Virus record (IMG/VR): IMGVR_UViG_3300029908_000019 | Span: 5,585 to 69,584 of that record | Strand: one strand, 5' to 3' | Origin: a virus | DNA length: 64,000 nt | Part shown: one piece after another, positions 1-9,166 of the stretch | How positions within the stretch are numbered: the first letter of the stretch is position 1 | How the letters are laid out: every line of letters begins with the position of its first letter | Program-made: the position numbers and the translations under genes | Notes under the pieces: model-generated | What the model saw: the letters and a program-made list of their open reading frames with translations, nothing else | What the model was told of the DNA's origin: nothing | Databases searched by the model: none

Positions 1-159
1 AGAGTAACCTTTACCAATGGAGCTACATATGAGACTTCAGGAGCTTCCCAGGCTGATTATGATTCATTCTTAGCGTCTAAGAGTAAGGGAATTCACTTCA
101 ATAAAAATCTTAAGAGAGCTTTTGAATTTAAGAAAATAGAGAAGAAGGGAGATTTATGA
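1..159 (+). CDS. KTSC-domain protein (5' truncated by window edge)
   Basis: Frame 1 reads RVTFTNGATYETSGASQADYDSFLASKSKGIHFNKNLK, matching the KTSC pattern (V.F.NG..Y.......Y..F.AS.SKG..FN); stop TGA at 157-159. Confidence 0.7.
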   Translation, partial: RVTFTNGATYETSGASQADYDSFLASKSKGIHFNKNLKRAFEFKKIEKKGDL

Positions 160-439
160 GAAATTTTTTTAGAATTGCAAGCCTATTTGTACTCGGATCA
201 ACCCTAGCTTACAGAGGAATTACTTGGCATCAGCCTTCTTTCTATGTTATTATTGTTGCTGTCATAGTTTATGGTGTGTCCTGGTTTCAAGACTAAATAA
301 AAAGGAGGTATAACATGGAAAATCAAGTGCTGTTGCTGTTAGTGAGTAGTGTGCTGCTGCTTACCGTTGCATTAGTTCAGATTCGTAAGTTGAACCTCGT
401 TGCTCGTGCTCGTCGTCTGCACACACGACTGCCTAAGTA

Positions 440-591
440 ATGGACAGGGATCAATGCAGAGGTTGTGGTCATTACCATTTCTTTTCCAAAGAGAAAACTC
501 TTGCATTGATATAGTTTGTGGATGTAATAGAAGAACGTTTATTCCGTTAGATAATTTAGAATATTTAGAGTGGTTTGTTAGGAAGGAGTAA
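440..591 (+). pseudogene. Frameshifted DNLEYLE-tag zinc-finger family member
   Basis: ATG440 gives MDRDQCRGCGHYH then a stop; another frame continues FQRENSCIDIVCGCNRRTFIPLDNLEYLEW; shift near the T/C run at about 478-487. Confidence 0.55.
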
Positions 592-594
592 ATT

Positions 595-1236
595 ATGAAG
601 AGAGTTTTGAACAGTGGTTCCATAAATCTTTTGGGAATTTTAGGCACAGAAGAGAATATTTTTGAGTATATTTCCTCTTCACCTGATCTTAATACTCTTA
701 CACAAGATGAGTCTTTAGACCTAGTTTATTCTAAATACAACGGATATCATTTCTCCCAGATTGTATTTAAGTTCCAAGTGAAAGCCCCTATCTTAATCCT
801 ACAATCCCTTCAAAAATCTCGTTTAGGCACCTTAGAGTCGTTTCCCATACAGGACACCTCAGAAGTGTATTTACCCCCTAGTTTCTATAGATACGGCTCA
901 ACAGAGGGCTTCCTAGCAGCATCCTCCAAAGAGTGTAATGATCTAAATACAAAGTATAGTAATTTTTACCGAAATGTGCTAAACTTCTATCAGAACCTAT
1001 TAAAATCTGGAGTGTGTCAAGAACAAGCTGATTTGGTTCTACCCCTTGGTTTGTTTGTTACATTCAACTGGGTAGTGAATGCCCAGGATGTTATTAAATT
1101 TATAGAAAAGAATTATAATGAATCACCAGAATTAAGTGGTTATTGTTCAACATTCGTGCTATACTTAGAAGACACAATGCCTATTATTTCTGATTGGTTG
1201 AAGAGAACAAAATGGCAAAATTACAAGCTAATTTAA
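595..1236 (+). CDS. ThyX-like (FAD-dependent thymidylate synthase fold) protein with degenerate active site
   Basis: ThyX-like segments FKFQVKAPI and YQNLLKSGVCQEQADLVLPLG..VTF.W.VNA, but the RHRx7S signature is replaced by QKSR. Confidence 0.65.
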   Translation: MKRVLNSGSINLLGILGTEENIFEYISSSPDLNTLTQDESLDLVYSKYNGYHFSQIVFKFQVKAPILILQSLQKSRLGTLESFPIQDTSEVYLPPSFYRYGSTEGFLAASSKECNDLNTKYSNFYRNVLNFYQNLLKSGVCQEQADLVLPLGLFVTFNWVVNAQDVIKFIEKNYNESPELSGYCSTFVLYLEDTMPIISDWLKRTKWQNYKLI

Positions 1237-1387
1237 TTTGTACGTTGGTCATTTATATAAAGACCACGGTATTTTTAAAGCTGATTCCTATGGAGATTCA
1301 TTGAAAAAAGCTTGCATCTGTAATGAATTCAAATTAGACAACATCAAATATCTAGAAGAGTGTTACGAGGATTCTCAACGTGCTTAG
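1212..1387 (+). pseudogene. Frameshifted DNLEYLE-tag zinc-finger family member
   Basis: MAKLQANLICT, then tt ggt cat (likely tgt ggt cat lacking 1 nt), continuing GHLYKDHG...CICNEFKLDNIKYLEE in another frame. Confidence 0.55.
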
Positions 1388-1679
1388 ACTTATTGGAATC
1401 ATTTGTGCAACGATAGCTATAACCTTTGATTTCCTTAGCTATTATAAACAAATCCATAAAACTCTTAAAGCTAAACACTCTAATCAGGTATCCTCTTCGT
1501 CCTATTTATTTAAGATAGCGAAGATATTATTTAATTTGATTAACTTAGCAATTTTCAGTAACTTTGTAGGCTGCTTTATGGAAGGAATGGCATTGATTAT
1601 TTGTATTATTGCTCTTATGATCATTTGCCATTTCAAGCCTCGTGGCTGGCACCTAATTGATTTTAAAATGGGAAAATAA
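1380..1679 (+). CDS. PQ-loop/SemiSWEET-like small membrane protein
   Basis: Three hydrophobic helices; YYKQIHKTLKAKHSNQVS resembles the PQ-loop pattern (PQI.K..K.K...VS). Confidence 0.55.
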   Translation: MLRLIGIICATIAITFDFLSYYKQIHKTLKAKHSNQVSSSSYLFKIAKILFNLINLAIFSNFVGCFMEGMALIICIIALMIICHFKPRGWHLIDFKMGK

Positions 1680-1680
1680 G

Positions 1681-1869
1681 ATGATTTGTAGATGTGGCTA
1701 TCACTTGCAAGAACACTGTGCAGGAACGATAGATCCAAAGATTTATTATAAAGATTTCGACTGGAGTTATGTTTCAGATGGCACACAGTGGGATGAGAAT
1801 TGCAAGTGTCTTAAGTTTAGGCCAGACAATATTAGATTTTTAGAGATGAAAGCTAATGAGCTTCAATAA
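1681..1869 (+). CDS. Small Cys/His protein, DNLEYLE-tag family
   Basis: CRCGYH..EHC...CKCLKFRPDNIRFLE. Confidence 0.75.
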   Translation: MICRCGYHLQEHCAGTIDPKIYYKDFDWSYVSDGTQWDENCKCLKFRPDNIRFLEMKANELQ

Positions 1870-2092
1870 TATAATTCCATGGGATACTTATAAATCACAA
1901 ACTCCTTGTAAAGTGTGTGGGCATAAGTGGTCGCACCATAGAGATGAGGTAGGCTGTTTAGGAGTATTTAAGAAAGAGGAAGATCCAAAATCATTTTGGC
2001 TTGGCACCTGCAAAAGCACTTGTAAGAAGTACTGTGAAACTAATTTAGAATACCTTGAGTATAAATATGAGCAAGAACAGAATAAAAAATAA
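1856..2092 (+). CDS. Small Cys/His protein, DNLEYLE-tag family
   Basis: CKVCGHKWSHH...CKSTCKKYCETNLEYLEYKYE. Confidence 0.8.
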   Translation: MSFNNIIPWDTYKSQTPCKVCGHKWSHHRDEVGCLGVFKKEEDPKSFWLGTCKSTCKKYCETNLEYLEYKYEQEQNKK

Positions 2093-2288
2093 AAGTTTAA
2101 TTTGTCAATGTGGGCATAGTGAAGACAGCCATGCAGATTTAATATCCTATAAGACTGAGTATTGTAGTGAGTGTTGGAACAAGAGATGGTGGAAAAAGTA
2201 TAAAAATTTAGATTTTGATGATTTACCTTTTGAATTATGTACTAATTTTAAAGAAGATAGCATTAAGTTTCTTGAGAGTTTAATATAA
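2055..2288 (+). CDS. Small Cys/His protein, DNLEYLE-tag family
   Basis: CQCGHSEDSH...CSEC...CTNFKEDSIKFLESLI. Confidence 0.75.
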   Translation: MSINMSKNRIKNKSLICQCGHSEDSHADLISYKTEYCSECWNKRWWKKYKNLDFDDLPFELCTNFKEDSIKFLESLI

Positions 2289-2704
2289 TGGCTATATCAA
2301 AAAATTTTACTTTTAACTCTCCCATTGTTGGGATTGACTCGATTACAAAAGGATCATTTATAATCAGGTATGCTTAGAATATTTTCTCTTATAACTATGA
2401 CGACGAAAAAGAACCTCAATTAGCCAGAGGAGAATTTGCTATAGAAAGTAAGATTAAGTCTGTAGATAATGCACTCTTTGTTCTTGCAAAAAAAGAACCC
2501 CTAAGACTTCAAGGACTTATTGGGGCAGTTAATTTTGGTGGGGAGAAGAGATTTATTAAAATAAGATCTATACATAATTATACTATAGATCCAGATTACA
2601 GTGAGACTGAGGCAATTATACTTTCCGTTACATTTGAGATATTGGATAATATTGAGTATTTAGAGAATCTAATTGATTACCGGGATTGGAATTTACTACA
2701 ATGA
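2288..2704 (+). pseudogene. 138-codon ORF with one in-frame TAG, ending in a DNIEYLE tag
   Basis: ATG2288 and TGA2704 overlap the neighbouring stop and start; single in-frame TAG at 2375-2377; C-terminus EILDNIEYLENL. Confidence 0.55.
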
Positions 2705-2883
2705 AGGATACTTGTAGAACTTGTCGATGCCACATATCTTGGCATGTGTCTAATGGTAAATGTTGCTATTATAATAATCTACTGTTTAGGGATTCTGTTG
2801 TAGATGCAGCCTGGGATGGTTGCATGAAATATGCTCCTTCAGATAATTTGGAATACTTGGAGAGTTTAGTTGATGAAAAATAA
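2701..2883 (+). CDS. Small Cys/His protein, DNLEYLE-tag family
   Basis: CRTCRCHISWH...CMKYAPSDNLEYLESLVDEK. Confidence 0.8.
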   Translation: MKDTCRTCRCHISWHVSNGKCCYYNNLLFRDSVVDAAWDGCMKYAPSDNLEYLESLVDEK

Positions 2884-3049
2884 TAGACCATGTGAATGTG
2901 GATGCAGCTTTGAAGAGCATAAAGCTATAGTATTGGAATCAGGATTAATTTGTAGTCTTTACTGTATGAATTGTGATAAGCACCAGGAATGGTGCTATAA
3001 TTATCGTCCTATTAAAAACATAGAATATTTGGAATGGTTAAGCAAATGA
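2873..3049 (+). CDS. Small Cys/His protein, DNLEYLE-tag family (not in ORF track)
   Basis: MKNNRPCECGCSFEEH...CMNC...CYNYRPIKNIEYLEWLSK. Confidence 0.7.
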   Translation: MKNNRPCECGCSFEEHKAIVLESGLICSLYCMNCDKHQEWCYNYRPIKNIEYLEWLSK

Positions 3050-3165
3050 TTTGTATATTATGTAAGCATGATAAGACAGAACATGAGTCAACAAAAGTTT
3101 TTCGTGAAGATTGGGCAGAGCATATTTTTATGGATAGCCTACAATATTTGGAATCTCTAGTATGA
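3046..3165 (+). CDS. Minimal 39-aa DNLEYLE-tag family member
   Basis: MICILCKHDKTEH...MDSLQYLESLV; ATGA overlaps at both ends. Confidence 0.6.
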   Translation: MICILCKHDKTEHESTKVFREDWAEHIFMDSLQYLESLV

Positions 3166-3614
3166 TTCTCCCAGTACGATTATATATTGATCCTATTTTA
3201 TCTAGACCTACATTGTCAGTATCAGACTTTACAGGGCTGGATAGTGTTGCAAAGAGTTTCATTGAGACTATGGAGGCCTTTAAAGGTGTAGGTTTAGCCG
3301 CCCCACAAGTTGGCCTAGGTTTAAATATGGCAGCTCTTTCTTTGAATAATAAAACAGATAAAATTGTAGTTGCAAATATTATAAATATATGTTATGATAA
3401 AGAGAGGGGAATGCAGACAGAACTAGAAGGATGTCTCTCATGCCCAGGCGTTTCAATTAAAATGAAAAGATATTTAGAAGTGGAATTTGATTACCAAACA
3501 ATTTATGGGGAAAAGAAACATTTAAAGCTTGAAGGATTTAATGCACGGATTTTTCAGCATGAAGCAGATCATTTGGTTGGAAAAATGATAATTAATAATT
3601 TGGGGAAATTTTAA
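3162..3614 (+). CDS. def: Peptide deformylase
   Basis: All three PDF motifs: GVGLAAPQVG, EGCLS, QHEADHL. Confidence 0.95.
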   Translation: MILPVRLYIDPILSRPTLSVSDFTGLDSVAKSFIETMEAFKGVGLAAPQVGLGLNMAALSLNNKTDKIVVANIINICYDKERGMQTELEGCLSCPGVSIKMKRYLEVEFDYQTIYGEKKHLKLEGFNARIFQHEADHLVGKMIINNLGKF

Positions 3615-3615
3615 A

Positions 3616-4086
3616 ATGAAAGCAGAGTTAGAACAACAATTAAATAAAGATTTTCCCCATGTATTTTATAGAGAGGCTAATGGGCGAGATCCATTTTCCA
3701 TATTTTATTTTGAAGTGGGGGATGGCTGGGAGCCATTGATAAGAAAAACAGCAGAGAAACTTGAACCTCTATTTGTTAAACAAATTGCTGAAGACCCTGA
3801 AGGTTTTAAATTTGGATATTATAGGACAAGTCAGATCAAAGAAAAATATGGAATTTTAAGATGGTATCTTTCTGGCGGTACTGATGAGATGTATGAAATT
3901 GTAAGTAAAGCAGAACATGAATCTTCTGAGGTTTGTGAACAGTGTGGTGCTCCTGGCAAATTCAGAGGATTTGGGACAGGTTGGTTTTATACAGCTTGCA
4001 TAGAGCATTGTAAGGAAGAAGATAAAGATAATTTAGAATTGCTAGAATTGCTAGAATATCTAGCAGATAAGGAGAAAAGAAAATGA
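3616..4086 (+). CDS. Phage protein (GDGW...QIKEKYG.LR.Y, CEQCG) with C-terminal DNLE tag
   Basis: Recognisable phage hypothetical pattern; ends DNLELLELLEYLADK with a 9-nt duplication inside the tag. Confidence 0.7.
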   Translation: MKAELEQQLNKDFPHVFYREANGRDPFSIFYFEVGDGWEPLIRKTAEKLEPLFVKQIAEDPEGFKFGYYRTSQIKEKYGILRWYLSGGTDEMYEIVSKAEHESSEVCEQCGAPGKFRGFGTGWFYTACIEHCKEEDKDNLELLELLEYLADKEKRK

Positions 4087-4538
4087 AGAAACTACTTGGA
4101 AAGGTATTATGGAGATTCAGCAATCTCATTATAAAGATTGGTGATAGTATTAATGGATTGGGTCGTTTAATTCGGGAGTTGGCATTAAGGCTTGAATTTC
4201 CTTTAGAGAGTATTGATGTAGTTTCAGATACGGATCTATTCCCCCATTCCTTTGCTACATTTAAAGAAGGTATGGAAAGTAGAAACTATTTTACAAGACA
4301 TGATGCAGCAGCTAAACTTGTGGGTTGGTATTTGCATCAAGACGGGCATCCCGTAATAGCTGATATGATTAAAGCAGCAAGAGTATTATTGGAAGATTCA
4401 AAAGCTACTGAGGGTGATGTATCTTATTTAGTTGGGGCATGGAGGGATCAAGCATCAGCTAAGACACAAGAAGAAAGGGAAGTTGGGGAAGAACGTGAGA
4501 ATAAGATTTATAATGATGTATTTAAATCGGAAGTTTAA
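4083..4538 (+). CDS. Hypothetical protein
   Basis: 151-aa ORF, ATGA overlap with the upstream gene, AGGAG RBS. Confidence 0.6.
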   Translation: MKKLLGKVLWRFSNLIIKIGDSINGLGRLIRELALRLEFPLESIDVVSDTDLFPHSFATFKEGMESRNYFTRHDAAAKLVGWYLHQDGHPVIADMIKAARVLLEDSKATEGDVSYLVGAWRDQASAKTQEEREVGEERENKIYNDVFKSEV

Positions 4539-4559
4539 AATAAACTAAGGAGAAATAAT

Positions 4560-4742
4560 ATGGCAAAAGGACGCAGAACAATTGACCCAGCAGTGAAGGC
4601 AGCGGTATTGGCAGCAGCACAGGTTGAAGGAGCAAAGCTTCCTGAGATCGCACTAGCGAATGGAGTCTCGCTTCCTTCGATCTACAATTGGCTGAAGGCA
4701 GCAAAGGTAGTTGAAGTAGCCCCAGAAATCCCTGCAGCGTGA
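4560..4742 (+). CDS. Small helix-turn-helix DNA-binding protein
   Basis: LPEIALANGVSLPSIYNWLK HTH motif; AAGGAG RBS. Confidence 0.7.
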   Translation: MAKGRRTIDPAVKAAVLAAAQVEGAKLPEIALANGVSLPSIYNWLKAAKVVEVAPEIPAA

Positions 4743-4932
4743 TCTATAAGAGGTCCTTTGGCTCGTGGTGGCAGAGGGAGGTATAAATGAATTGCCCATG
4801 TTGTCAGCATTTCTTGGTATTTGATGGGTTCTTATGGAAGCATCCTCGTGGTAAGAAGTGTAATTGGTTATATGAAACCCCTATTGGCCTATTAAAGTGC
4901 CAATGTGACTATGAAAATAAAGGAGAATAAAA

Positions 4933-5277
4933 GTGCTAGATAAGACCGTGTATGGACTTGCACAACAATTAAAAGGTGAGATCAATCAGATCGTTCAGTT
5001 TATTCAGAATCTGCAGCAAGCAATTAGATTAGATAGTACTGGCAAAGAGATTCGTCTACTGGGACTTCAGCAACTCCTGATTAAGAAAGGTATTATCACA
5101 GAAGCGGAAATGACTGAGCAGACAGGTGAAGTGATTAAGCAGATGCAGAAAGAAGCAGAAGAGCAAGCAGCTAAAGCAAAGGCACCAGAGATTGTTCCAG
5201 CCACACCAGAGCAGACAGCACAGGTTGAAGCTACAAAGACAGAAGAAGTAACACCAGTAGTTCCACCACAGGCTTAA
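4933..5277 (+). CDS. Hypothetical coiled-coil protein
   Basis: GTG start after AAGGAG; LQQLLIKKGIITEAE segment. Confidence 0.6.
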   Translation: MLDKTVYGLAQQLKGEINQIVQFIQNLQQAIRLDSTGKEIRLLGLQQLLIKKGIITEAEMTEQTGEVIKQMQKEAEEQAAKAKAPEIVPATPEQTAQVEATKTEEVTPVVPPQA

Positions 5278-5419
5278 TATGAATTGGTTAATGCTTACAG
5301 GAATGGTTCTTTTAACAATTGGTATTGCAAAGAAATTGGGACTTATTCTTGGTGGAATTGTTTTAATAGCCCTTGCAATTCTTATCGACTTGTGGTAAAC
5401 TGGATATAGGAATAATTGA

Positions 5420-5584
5420 ATGCGTATGGATGGTGAAGCAATTTGTATTTGTAGATGTTTAAAAGAAAGACATTCATATCATATAGATTATTGTCATGAT
5501 TGTACCTGTAGAAAGTTTAAGTGGGATAATTTGGATTATTTAGAAGCTAAATCTGAACTTGAAGATAATGAAGATAGGACTTAA
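5420..5584 (+). CDS. Small Cys/His protein, DNLEYLE-tag family (not in ORF track)
   Basis: CICRCLKERH...CHDCTCRKFKWDNLDYLE. Confidence 0.7.
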   Translation: MRMDGEAICICRCLKERHSYHIDYCHDCTCRKFKWDNLDYLEAKSELEDNEDRT

Positions 5585-5595
5585 AGGAGATAGAT

Positions 5596-6312
5596 ATGGG
5601 TGAATATTTGCAGAGAGATGCAACTGATCCAAACTTTGTACCAAGTGGTGGTGGCATGAATGCTGAACAAGCTAAAGCTTTTGCAGCCCTAGCTGGGGTA
5701 ACAGCTGCAGCCAAGGTAGTTGATACTAGAACAGCAATGGCACAGCTTATTGCAGACCAAACAGGCAAGTCAGTAGAGGAAGTATTAGCATTTATGGGAC
5801 CTGCCGCAAAGTCTGCTCAAGCAGCTGCGCCTAAGCCAGTTCTTCAACCTCTTCCAGAAGTAAAAGTAGTTCCCCTGCCAGTAGTAGAAGAGGAGTCCGT
5901 AGTTACCGACGAAGAAGCTAAAGCCTTAGCTCCCATTAAACCCGTCAAAGAAGTTCCAGCAGATGGATTCGTTGTAACAGAGATCGTTGACGTAGAAGAT
6001 GCTTCCCAGGCTGAACTTGATCAAGCATTCCCAGAGGAAGATGAGAATGACTGGTCAGGAAAAATTCGTGAGGGGTCTAAGGTAAAAGTTGTATATTGCA
6101 ATCCCTCGTCTAAGATAAAATGGCAGGGAAAGGTAGGAAAAGTGGTTCGTGTAATTGGAAATGAAAAAGCAAAAGTATACGAGGTGGAATTTAAAGGGCA
6201 GAAGATTCAGAAAGTACGATTGAATAAGAAAACAGGAAAGCTTGAACGTGGATATGAAAATAAAAAATTAGTTACAACATTTGACCAAGAAGATATTGAA
6301 CTATACAGCTAA
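5596..6312 (+). CDS. Hypothetical protein with C-terminal SH3/KOW-like domain
   Basis: AAGGAG RBS; EGSKVKVV...GKVGKVVRV...YEVEF. Confidence 0.6.
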   Translation: MGEYLQRDATDPNFVPSGGGMNAEQAKAFAALAGVTAAAKVVDTRTAMAQLIADQTGKSVEEVLAFMGPAAKSAQAAAPKPVLQPLPEVKVVPLPVVEEESVVTDEEAKALAPIKPVKEVPADGFVVTEIVDVEDASQAELDQAFPEEDENDWSGKIREGSKVKVVYCNPSSKIKWQGKVGKVVRVIGNEKAKVYEVEFKGQKIQKVRLNKKTGKLERGYENKKLVTTFDQEDIELYS

Positions 6313-6500
6313 TGAGAATGGTTAAAACTAATGGCTGTAGAACTTGTAAGCATAGGCATTATTGGGTATTGAGTTCTTTTGCTATCGCTGATTGTTCTCA
6401 TCCTGATTGCAAATGTAAAGCAGCAGATTGGACTTCAGCGGATAATCTAGAGTATTTAGAGTATCTCAGTGACAAGAAAAGGAGTTTAAAGAATGATTGA
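6312..6500 (+). CDS. Small Cys/His protein, DNLEYLE-tag family
   Basis: CRTCKHRH...CSHPDCKC...ADNLEYLEYLSDK. Confidence 0.8.
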   Translation: MRMVKTNGCRTCKHRHYWVLSSFAIADCSHPDCKCKAADWTSADNLEYLEYLSDKKRSLKND

Positions 6501-6840
6501 AATTTATGAATCCAAAATGGAAGAATGGGGAACTTGCTTTCCACCCTCTTTATGTTGGGCTACAGAAATTAAGCCAGATAAAGACGGTAGATATGGTAAT
6601 TGGGAAGAGGCTCCGTTTGTCAGGCAACAGATGTATGCTCAATTTTTAGGGTGGGCTTAATATGAAATATAAAATTAAAGTTTACTTTACTGATGGACGC
6701 TTTGAGTTACATGCAGCAGATAGTTTTATAACAACAAATGGGATTTTGCAATTGTTTACTTTTGATGATATGGGAGTTACTAAGAAAATATTAATTCGTA
6801 ATTTATCTGAAATTGGAAAAATTACTTCTGAGGTTCTATA

Positions 6841-7260
6841 ATGAAAAGAATTCATCGTTATAACTTGTTATCACTATTTGGTGACATGAAACCTAAAAAT
6901 TATTTTATAGCCTTGCAGCTTGCTACGCTCCACTTTGCTAACCCACTAAATAAATCTTCCATATGGGGAAGTGAAAGGCTACCCAAGAATGCTTACATGA
7001 GTACTGTTATTGAAACGATGTTGAAACGATTATTGGAAGATGAATTAATTAAGATGGTAGAGACAGAAGCTATTAAACAGTCTAAAACAAAGGATACTTA
7101 TCTTATCTCTTTACGTGAGTATGATTTACAATTGACAGAACGTGGCAGAGAATGCCTAGGCATGGAGCAAATCGCTCGTGATGGTGACTACTCTTTCTAT
7201 AAAAAATATGATGGGTCATTAGATAGTGCAAAACAGATTAATCCAGGTCTATTCAAATAA
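6841..7260 (+). CDS. Putative winged-helix protein
   Basis: LKRLLEDELI...LQLTERGR wHTH-like pattern. Confidence 0.5.
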   Translation: MKRIHRYNLLSLFGDMKPKNYFIALQLATLHFANPLNKSSIWGSERLPKNAYMSTVIETMLKRLLEDELIKMVETEAIKQSKTKDTYLISLREYDLQLTERGRECLGMEQIARDGDYSFYKKYDGSLDSAKQINPGLFK

Positions 7261-7991
7261 TGTATAGCAAGATACTCTTAGCCGTTGATTCCAAAGTAGT
7301 GGTTTGGTGTGCTGGTTGCACTATACAAGATCATAGTAACTTGTTACATCTCACTGATAGGGCAGTTCATATTCTTAATAATCTAGAATATTTGGAATGG
7401 TGCTATGAGAAAAGTAATGGATGATCTAGATTGCTGCAGAACTTGTGGCCATTTTTATGGGTATCATTTCAATACGGGAATGACTATTAGAGGGCATGAA
7501 TTTGCCGATGGTCAATGTGATCCTTTTACTGATTGGGGCTGCAACTGTAAAGATTTTATTCCTGAAGATAATCTTTTATATTTGGAATGGGTAAATGAAA
7601 AACGATTGGCTTTGTAAGTGTAAACATAGTAAACAGGATCATCTCAATAGAGATTACGAACAGGATGGAATAATATTGTTTCGTAGTTGTGATCATGATA
7701 GAGGAGCAATTTTCAAAGGGATGTGCCATTGTGGATGGTATTGTCCTATGTCTAATCTAGAATATTTGGAGTGGGAAATTAAAGATGAGAAAACTGTATT
7801 ATAGTTCTTGCAGGAATTGTAGATGTTTACATTATTATGGTGATGAAAATTCAGTTATTCCTGAGCGTTGTTACTGCCCAACATTGTATAGAGATTCTGC
7901 TGTGCCATTTCCTAGATGCTTTAATTATGAACCGTCTGACAACATAGAATATTTAGAATTTCTAGTTGAAAAGGAGTCTCCATCCAAATGA
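7260..7991 (+). CDS. Four overlapping DNLEYLE-tag family genes (7260-7424, 7405-7617, 7595-7804, 7785-7991)
   Basis: C-termini NNLEYLEWCYE, EDNLLYLEWV, MSNLEYLEWE, SDNIEYLEFL, each preceded by Cys/His clusters. Confidence 0.75.
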
Positions 7992-8275
7992 ATAAAAAAC
8001 TTTTATTTCTAATCCTTCTACCCTCCCTAGCTTTTGCCAATCCCAAATCTATCCACTATTCTGCTCTTGGTGATTACCTAGTTAATGAATCTGGAAATAG
8101 AACACACATTACAGGTCATCCTTGGATGGTATGCTACCAAGGTAATTATATCCTTAAAGGATGGTTTGAAGGTGCTAAAGGAGCAACAATCTTTTTGCAA
8201 ACAGATGGTGGAAACTCCCATATTATAGATAAACCAGTATGTGATGTATTTGATTCAAAGGAGAAACACAATTGA
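7988..8275 (+). CDS. Secreted hypothetical protein
   Basis: Signal peptide MNKKLLFLILLPSLAFA. Confidence 0.6.
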   Translation: MNKKLLFLILLPSLAFANPKSIHYSALGDYLVNESGNRTHITGHPWMVCYQGNYILKGWFEGAKGATIFLQTDGGNSHIIDKPVCDVFDSKEKHN

Positions 8276-8536
8276 ACTATGATCCGATAGCGAGATGCAT
8301 GATGTGTAATGGTTCTACTATACAGATAGATGAGCACACCTATCAATGCGTGGAATGTAACTACATTAATCATAGAGGTTAATTTTTGAAGAAATACAAG
8401 AGCAGATGTAGGCATTGTAATTGGCCTTGGATTCCTGATAATAGACATGTTAATCAGGATACATTAGCAATTGAAGATTGTTTACCAGACAACAATATAG
8501 AATATTTAGAATGGCTTGTTGAAAAGGAGAATATAA

Positions 8537-9166
8537 ATGAAACCCCAGGACGATGAACAAGAGCCAACACCACAATTTGATCCATTCGATCAGTTTGCCT
8601 TTGAGAGCTATGAAGCTTTGTTGCAAGAAAGAACTATTTTATTTAATGGGGATGTTAAGTCTAATGCCATTGAGCATATTGTCCTCCCATTGATAACAAT
8701 GTCACAGAGAAGCAGCAAACCGATTAAACTCCTGATCCATTCTAGTGGAGGGGATGTAGAAGCGGGGCAAGCGGTTTGTGACGCGATTTTGACAAGTAGA
8801 GCACCTGTTATTGCCATTGCCCTTGGAAAAGCAATGAGTGCCGCTTTTGATATCTTTCTATCTGCTGATAAGAGAATTGTCTATCCCAATACAGTACTTA
8901 TGTGCCATTCAGGAAGCACAGCTTTAGCTCCACAGACGTTGCCACAAGTAAATACAGAAGCTCATCTTCACGAAGTCCTTTTTAAACGTTGGGCTTCCTT
9001 CTACGCTTCTCGTACTAAGGTGAGTGAGAAGGAATGGATGAAGCTTCTTGAAACTGGACTTAATAAATACTATTTACCAGAAGAGAGTGTTGAGCTTGGA
9101 ATTGCCCATGAAATTATAAAGATTCCAAAAAAGAGTTCTAAGTTTTCTTATAAGATTGAATTTTAA
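8537..9166 (+). CDS. clpP: ClpP-like protease proteolytic subunit
   Basis: ERTILFNGDV, IHSSGGDV, catalytic Ser in GKAMSAA, His in LMCHS, Y.PEESVELGIAH. Confidence 0.85.
   Translation: MKPQDDEQEPTPQFDPFDQFAFESYEALLQERTILFNGDVKSNAIEHIVLPLITMSQRSSKPIKLLIHSSGGDVEAGQAVCDAILTSRAPVIAIALGKAMSAAFDIFLSADKRIVYPNTVLMCHSGSTALAPQTLPQVNTEAHLHEVLFKRWASFYASRTKVSEKEWMKLLETGLNKYYLPEESVELGIAHEIIKIPKKSSKFSYKIEF

Noticed and set aside
2288-2704. Genome-wide TAG recoding suggested by the in-frame TAG at 2375
   Set aside because: Very long ORFs contain no internal TAG and several genes end cleanly at TAG (31844, 34479, 46763, 50616, 57312); no suppressor tRNA seen
4560-4742. IS3-like transposase remnant
   Set aside because: Only a short HTH is present, with no DDE ORF or terminal inverted repeats nearby
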